Source: an uncultured virus (IMG/VR IMGVR_UViG_3300026484_000088) (taxonomy: Duplodnaviria > Heunggongvirae > Uroviricota > Caudoviricetes). From it: a DNA stretch of 20,000 nucleotides. The stretch is taken from the IMG/VR virus record IMGVR_UViG_3300026484_000088; one strand, 5' to 3'. Positions 16,524 through 20,000 of the stretch are shown here, piece by piece. A program made the position numbers and the translations under genes. Each line of letters begins with the position of its first letter. Within the stretch, counting starts at the first letter, position 1. The notes below the pieces were generated by a model, which saw nothing but the letters and a program-made list of their open reading frames with translations, did not search any database and had not been told where the DNA came from.

Positions 16524-17051
16524 ATGAATAATTTAAACCTAAAAGAAATATTGAAATATAAACTAAAAAACATGAAATCATCATATTTTTGTTTAAAAAA
16601 TATTAAAATTATTTTTAAAGATAATAAAGCAATAGTAAAGTGTGAATTTGAAATGTATGGAATAAGACATTATGAAATTCCAAGTGAAGAAATGGACAAA
16701 GATCAAATGAGTTTAATTGAATTATTAAAAGGAAGCTTCAATAATGTTGAAACGGATTTATATGCTATTTCATTTGAAATACCAAATTATGAAGAATATA
16801 TTGAAAAAATTAAAAAAGATATTATTTTTACCTATTCTAAAAAATGGGCAATACAAATTATAAAGATAAATAACTCAAGTTATTATGACGAAGAAATAGG
16901 TATAGATCTTGAATTTATTAAAGATATTAAAATTGAAACTACAACTTTTGGTAATAAAGAAGAAGCAATTGTAAAATATCACTTATTAAAAAATAATTAT
17001 GAATCTTGGGATTATGTTGATATTAAACTTATAAAAGTTCTTGAAGAATAA
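16524..17051 (+). CDS. Hypothetical protein
   Basis: 175-aa ORF with AAGGA SD. Confidence 0.7.
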   Translation: MNNLNLKEILKYKLKNMKSSYFCLKNIKIIFKDNKAIVKCEFEMYGIRHYEIPSEEMDKDQMSLIELLKGSFNNVETDLYAISFEIPNYEEYIEKIKKDIIFTYSKKWAIQIIKINNSSYYDEEIGIDLEFIKDIKIETTTFGNKEEAIVKYHLLKNNYESWDYVDIKLIKVLEE

Positions 17052-17064
17052 TAAAGGATAAAAA

Positions 17065-17262
17065 ATGAAAATAGGTGATATTTATGTACATTATAAAAAT
17101 AATGAAGAATATATGATATTGGGGTTTCCAGCTTTTCAAGATAATAACACAGGAGAGTGGATACATAATGCTGTTGTTTTATATAGAAATAAGAAAAATG
17201 ATTTATTTATTAGATCTAAAATAGAATTTGAAGAAAAATTTATAAAAAAGGTAATATTATGA
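17065..17262 (+). CDS. DUF1653-like small protein
   Basis: YVHYK…Y…VVLY…LFIRSKIEFEEKF pattern. Confidence 0.7.
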   Translation: MKIGDIYVHYKNNEEYMILGFPAFQDNNTGEWIHNAVVLYRNKKNDLFIRSKIEFEEKFIKKVIL

Positions 17263-18593
17263 GTAATTTAACCAAAGAAGAAATAAATAAATTAGCTAGT
17301 AGAAAATTTAAATCAGAAATATTTAAAAAGATTATTTCTGGTTCAAGACTTTTAAAAGAAAGTCTAAATTCAGCAAGTGATATTTTTATTTCAAATAAAG
17401 ATACTACAGTAATAAAACCGTCTAAAGATGAAAAATATATAAGAATAAATAAAGAAGATTTATTTAGACCTGATTTTTCAGAGTACTTTGAATGGTTATT
17501 AGCTATGGATCCAGAAAAGATTATAAATCAAATACAGCAAGATATTCTATTAAAAGATGGATTAAATTTAGATATTACTGATGAAATATCAGATTTATTT
17601 AAAAGTATTCAAGAGAAACACAAAATATTATCCTCTACTGAAATAGAAGAAGAAGTAGAAGAAATTAAAAAAGAGATTGCTGAAGGTTCTTGTGAAATGT
17701 CTGGAAGTCATGGTTTTAGTAAAAGTGAAAGTAGATCAGCTAAAGAAATATCAAAGGAATTAACTAAAGTTATTGATTCGAAAAAAGAATCTTTAGAAGA
17801 TAAAGGTTTAAAGTCTGATGAAATAATTGAACCAGATATAGAAGCAGCTATGAAACAAGCACAAGAAATAGATTCTTATAAAGATATAAAAGATTTATCT
17901 AAACCTTATTTAAATAAACCTATATTATCTTTAAATGATATAAAATATCTAAATAAATTAAAACATAAAATGTTAAAAGCATTTAAAGGAACAAAAGGTA
18001 AATCTCCTTCTTATTCTCCAAGTAAAAGAATAAATATAAAAAAAGATATTGTAGATAAAGATAATATCTATATAAAAACTACTGTATCAGAAGGTAAATA
18101 TTTAGAAATGAATATAATTATTGATATGTCTGGTTCTATGAGTGGTAAGCCTATTGGATATGCTAATAGTATTTTATATTTATTTAACGAATTAGCAAGA
18201 GACGGTTATTTTAAAGGAGATGTTATCTTTACTTCTGACTCAAAACCATATAAAACTACACTTCCAATTGATAGATATAAGGTATTTAATTTATGTGGAG
18301 CAAGAGGTGGATCAGAAGGTTTTAAAAATACTGTACTTCAATATAAAAATGAATTAAAGAATTCTAATGTTATTGCTATAACAGATGGACATATTACGGA
18401 TAAACCTATTTCTCATAATTTATGGGATAAAATAAGAGTAAAATCATTAGGTATATATGTAAATCCTAATAAGGATGAATTAGTAAGAAGTAGAAAACAT
18501 TTAACTAAATACTTTCATCATGGTATAGCAGTACCTAATTTAGATGAACTAGTTAATTATTTAGTTAAGGTAGGTTTAAAAGGTAGAAAGTAA
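17259..18593 (+). CDS. vWA-domain protein, likely partner of the AAA ATPase
   Basis: MIDAS DMSGS and ITDG, preceded by a charged low-complexity linker. Confidence 0.85.
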   Translation: MSNLTKEEINKLASRKFKSEIFKKIISGSRLLKESLNSASDIFISNKDTTVIKPSKDEKYIRINKEDLFRPDFSEYFEWLLAMDPEKIINQIQQDILLKDGLNLDITDEISDLFKSIQEKHKILSSTEIEEEVEEIKKEIAEGSCEMSGSHGFSKSESRSAKEISKELTKVIDSKKESLEDKGLKSDEIIEPDIEAAMKQAQEIDSYKDIKDLSKPYLNKPILSLNDIKYLNKLKHKMLKAFKGTKGKSPSYSPSKRINIKKDIVDKDNIYIKTTVSEGKYLEMNIIIDMSGSMSGKPIGYANSILYLFNELARDGYFKGDVIFTSDSKPYKTTLPIDRYKVFNLCGARGGSEGFKNTVLQYKNELKNSNVIAITDGHITDKPISHNLWDKIRVKSLGIYVNPNKDELVRSRKHLTKYFHHGIAVPNLDELVNYLVKVGLKGRK

Positions 18594-18604
18594 GGAGAAT
18601 TATA

Positions 18605-18784
18605 ATGTTTGGTAAAATACTATTAGTATTAATTGGTATATTTTTTATAAATGAAATGTTTTCTATACGTAGATGTCTACAAGAAGTTACAGAACTTTCA
18701 TTAATATGTAGTTTAGCTCATACAGTTATAATGACTGTATGGTTAGCCACATTTACAATAATATGTTATCTAGAGTATAGATAA
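18605..18784 (+). CDS. 59-aa membrane protein with two hydrophobic segments, not in ORF track
   Basis: AAGGAG SD; MFGKILLVLIGIFFINEM…LICSLAHTVIMTVWLATFTIICYLEYR. Confidence 0.7.
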   Translation: MFGKILLVLIGIFFINEMFSIRRCLQEVTELSLICSLAHTVIMTVWLATFTIICYLEYR

Positions 18785-18796
18785 AAGGAGAAACTA

Positions 18797-20000
18797 ATGC
18801 AAGAAGAAATAAAAAGTTATGAATATAATCCTACACAAGAAAAAATGGTTAAAATTCTACAAAATAAGAACCAGACTAAAGAAGCTTTATTCTTTAGAGT
18901 ATTAAGTGCTTATTACTTTAGTAAAATAGCAGCTAATATGAGAACTTTTATTGATATAAAAGATGTGTTTGGAATTATTCCTGTAAATACTTATGCAGTT
19001 ATATTAGCAACATCAGGTGCAGGTAAAGGAAAATCTATAAATATTATAGAGAATGATATTTTAAAAGGATTTAAAGACAAATTTATTAAAGAGGTATTAC
19101 CAACACAAGTAGAAAAGAACTTAGCTAAAATCGCTTCAGAAAGAGCAAGTATTGCAGGTTTGGATCCAGATGAAGTATATCAGAATTTAATTAGAGAATA
19201 TAAAGGTACAGGACCATTTTTATTTAACTTTGATGGTGGTACAGCAGCAGCTATTAAACAATTAAGACATAAATTATTATTAGCAGGTTTAGGTGCTATG
19301 AATCTAGAAATGGATGAGGTAGGAGCTAATTTATCATCTAATATAGATATGCTTAATGTATTTATTGAATTATATGATGTAGGTAGAGTAAAACCTAAAA
19401 TTACTAAAAATACTCAAGAAAATAAAAGAAATGAATCTATAGATGGTATTACTCCAGCTAATGTATTATTATTTGGTACTCCAAGTAAATTATTAGATGG
19501 TGGAAAGACTGAACAAGAATTTTATAGTCTTTTAGATATGGGATATGCAAGGAGAATGTTATTTGCTTATATGCCTAAAATATCTAAAGAGAAATTATCA
19601 GCTAAAGAGAAATTGGATATGTTAAGAGATAAGTCTTCTGGTTTATTTATAGAAACTCTATATAAACATTTCGAGAAATTAGCTATTGATACTAATATAA
19701 ATAAGAAGTTATTCGTTAGAGATGATTATTTAATTAAATTGTTAGAGTATCAAGCTTATTGTGAAGAGAGAGCAGAAGCTTTAAAAGAACATCAAGAAAT
19801 GGAAAAAGCTGAAATTATGCATAGATATTTTAGAGCATTAAAACTTTCAGGAGCGTATGCTTTTATAGAAGAATCAGAAGAAGTTAAGTTAGAACATTTA
19901 CAACAAGCTATTAAATTAGTAGAAGATAGTGGTGTAGCTTTTAGAAATATTCTTAAAAGAGAGAAAACTTATGTTAAATTAGCTAAATATGTAGCAGAAT
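18797..20000 (+). CDS. N4 gp43-like primase-associated P-loop protein, truncated by window edge
   Basis: AAGGAG SD; IPVNTYAVILATSGAGKGKS, LEMDEVGANL, LYDVG, LLFGTPSKLLDG, GYARR. Confidence 0.88.
   Translation, partial: MQEEIKSYEYNPTQEKMVKILQNKNQTKEALFFRVLSAYYFSKIAANMRTFIDIKDVFGIIPVNTYAVILATSGAGKGKSINIIENDILKGFKDKFIKEVLPTQVEKNLAKIASERASIAGLDPDEVYQNLIREYKGTGPFLFNFDGGTAAAIKQLRHKLLLAGLGAMNLEMDEVGANLSSNIDMLNVFIELYDVGRVKPKITKNTQENKRNESIDGITPANVLLFGTPSKLLDGGKTEQEFYSLLDMGYARRMLFAYMPKISKEKLSAKEKLDMLRDKSSGLFIETLYKHFEKLAIDTNINKKLFVRDDYLIKLLEYQAYCEERAEALKEHQEMEKAEIMHRYFRALKLSGAYAFIEESEEVKLEHLQQAIKLVEDSGVAFRNILKREKTYVKLAKYVAE

Noticed and set aside
1..20000. Stop-codon reassignment, tRNA genes, CRISPR arrays
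   Set aside because: Standard code gives near-complete coding density with intact motifs; no cloverleaf or regularly spaced repeats seen

Overview
Very AT-rich (roughly 25% GC by eye), densely coded, almost entirely + strand segment of a phage genome. The core genes place it among N4-like phages (Schitoviridae): a two-subunit T7-type RNA polymerase II (119-871, 888-1871), a family A DNA polymerase, a gp42-like PD-(D/E)XK nuclease and a gp43-like primase/ATPase running off the right edge. The DNA polymerase is interrupted in motif A by a complete group I intron (5149-6014) carrying an HNH homing endonuclease, and its N-terminal domain appears to be a separate gene. About 20 small accessory genes follow (OmpR-type winged helix, HAD, MazG-like, YubB-like, secreted lytic transglycosylase, YopX), plus a MoxR-like AAA / vWA pair. 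The most interesting non-coding signals are: (1) a 27-nt pseudoknot element with compensatory changes in both stems, upstream of genes and overlapping the N4 middle-promoter consensus; (2) a ~155-nt promoter-to-terminator structured RNA with exposed anti-Shine-Dalgarno/anti-start segments; (3) a hairpin that can fold only on the minus strand via tandem G.A pairs; (4) strong both-strand enrichment of TGGTTC/GAACCA. A Campylobacterota host is an inference only. All family calls are motif recognition by eye; no database search was run.
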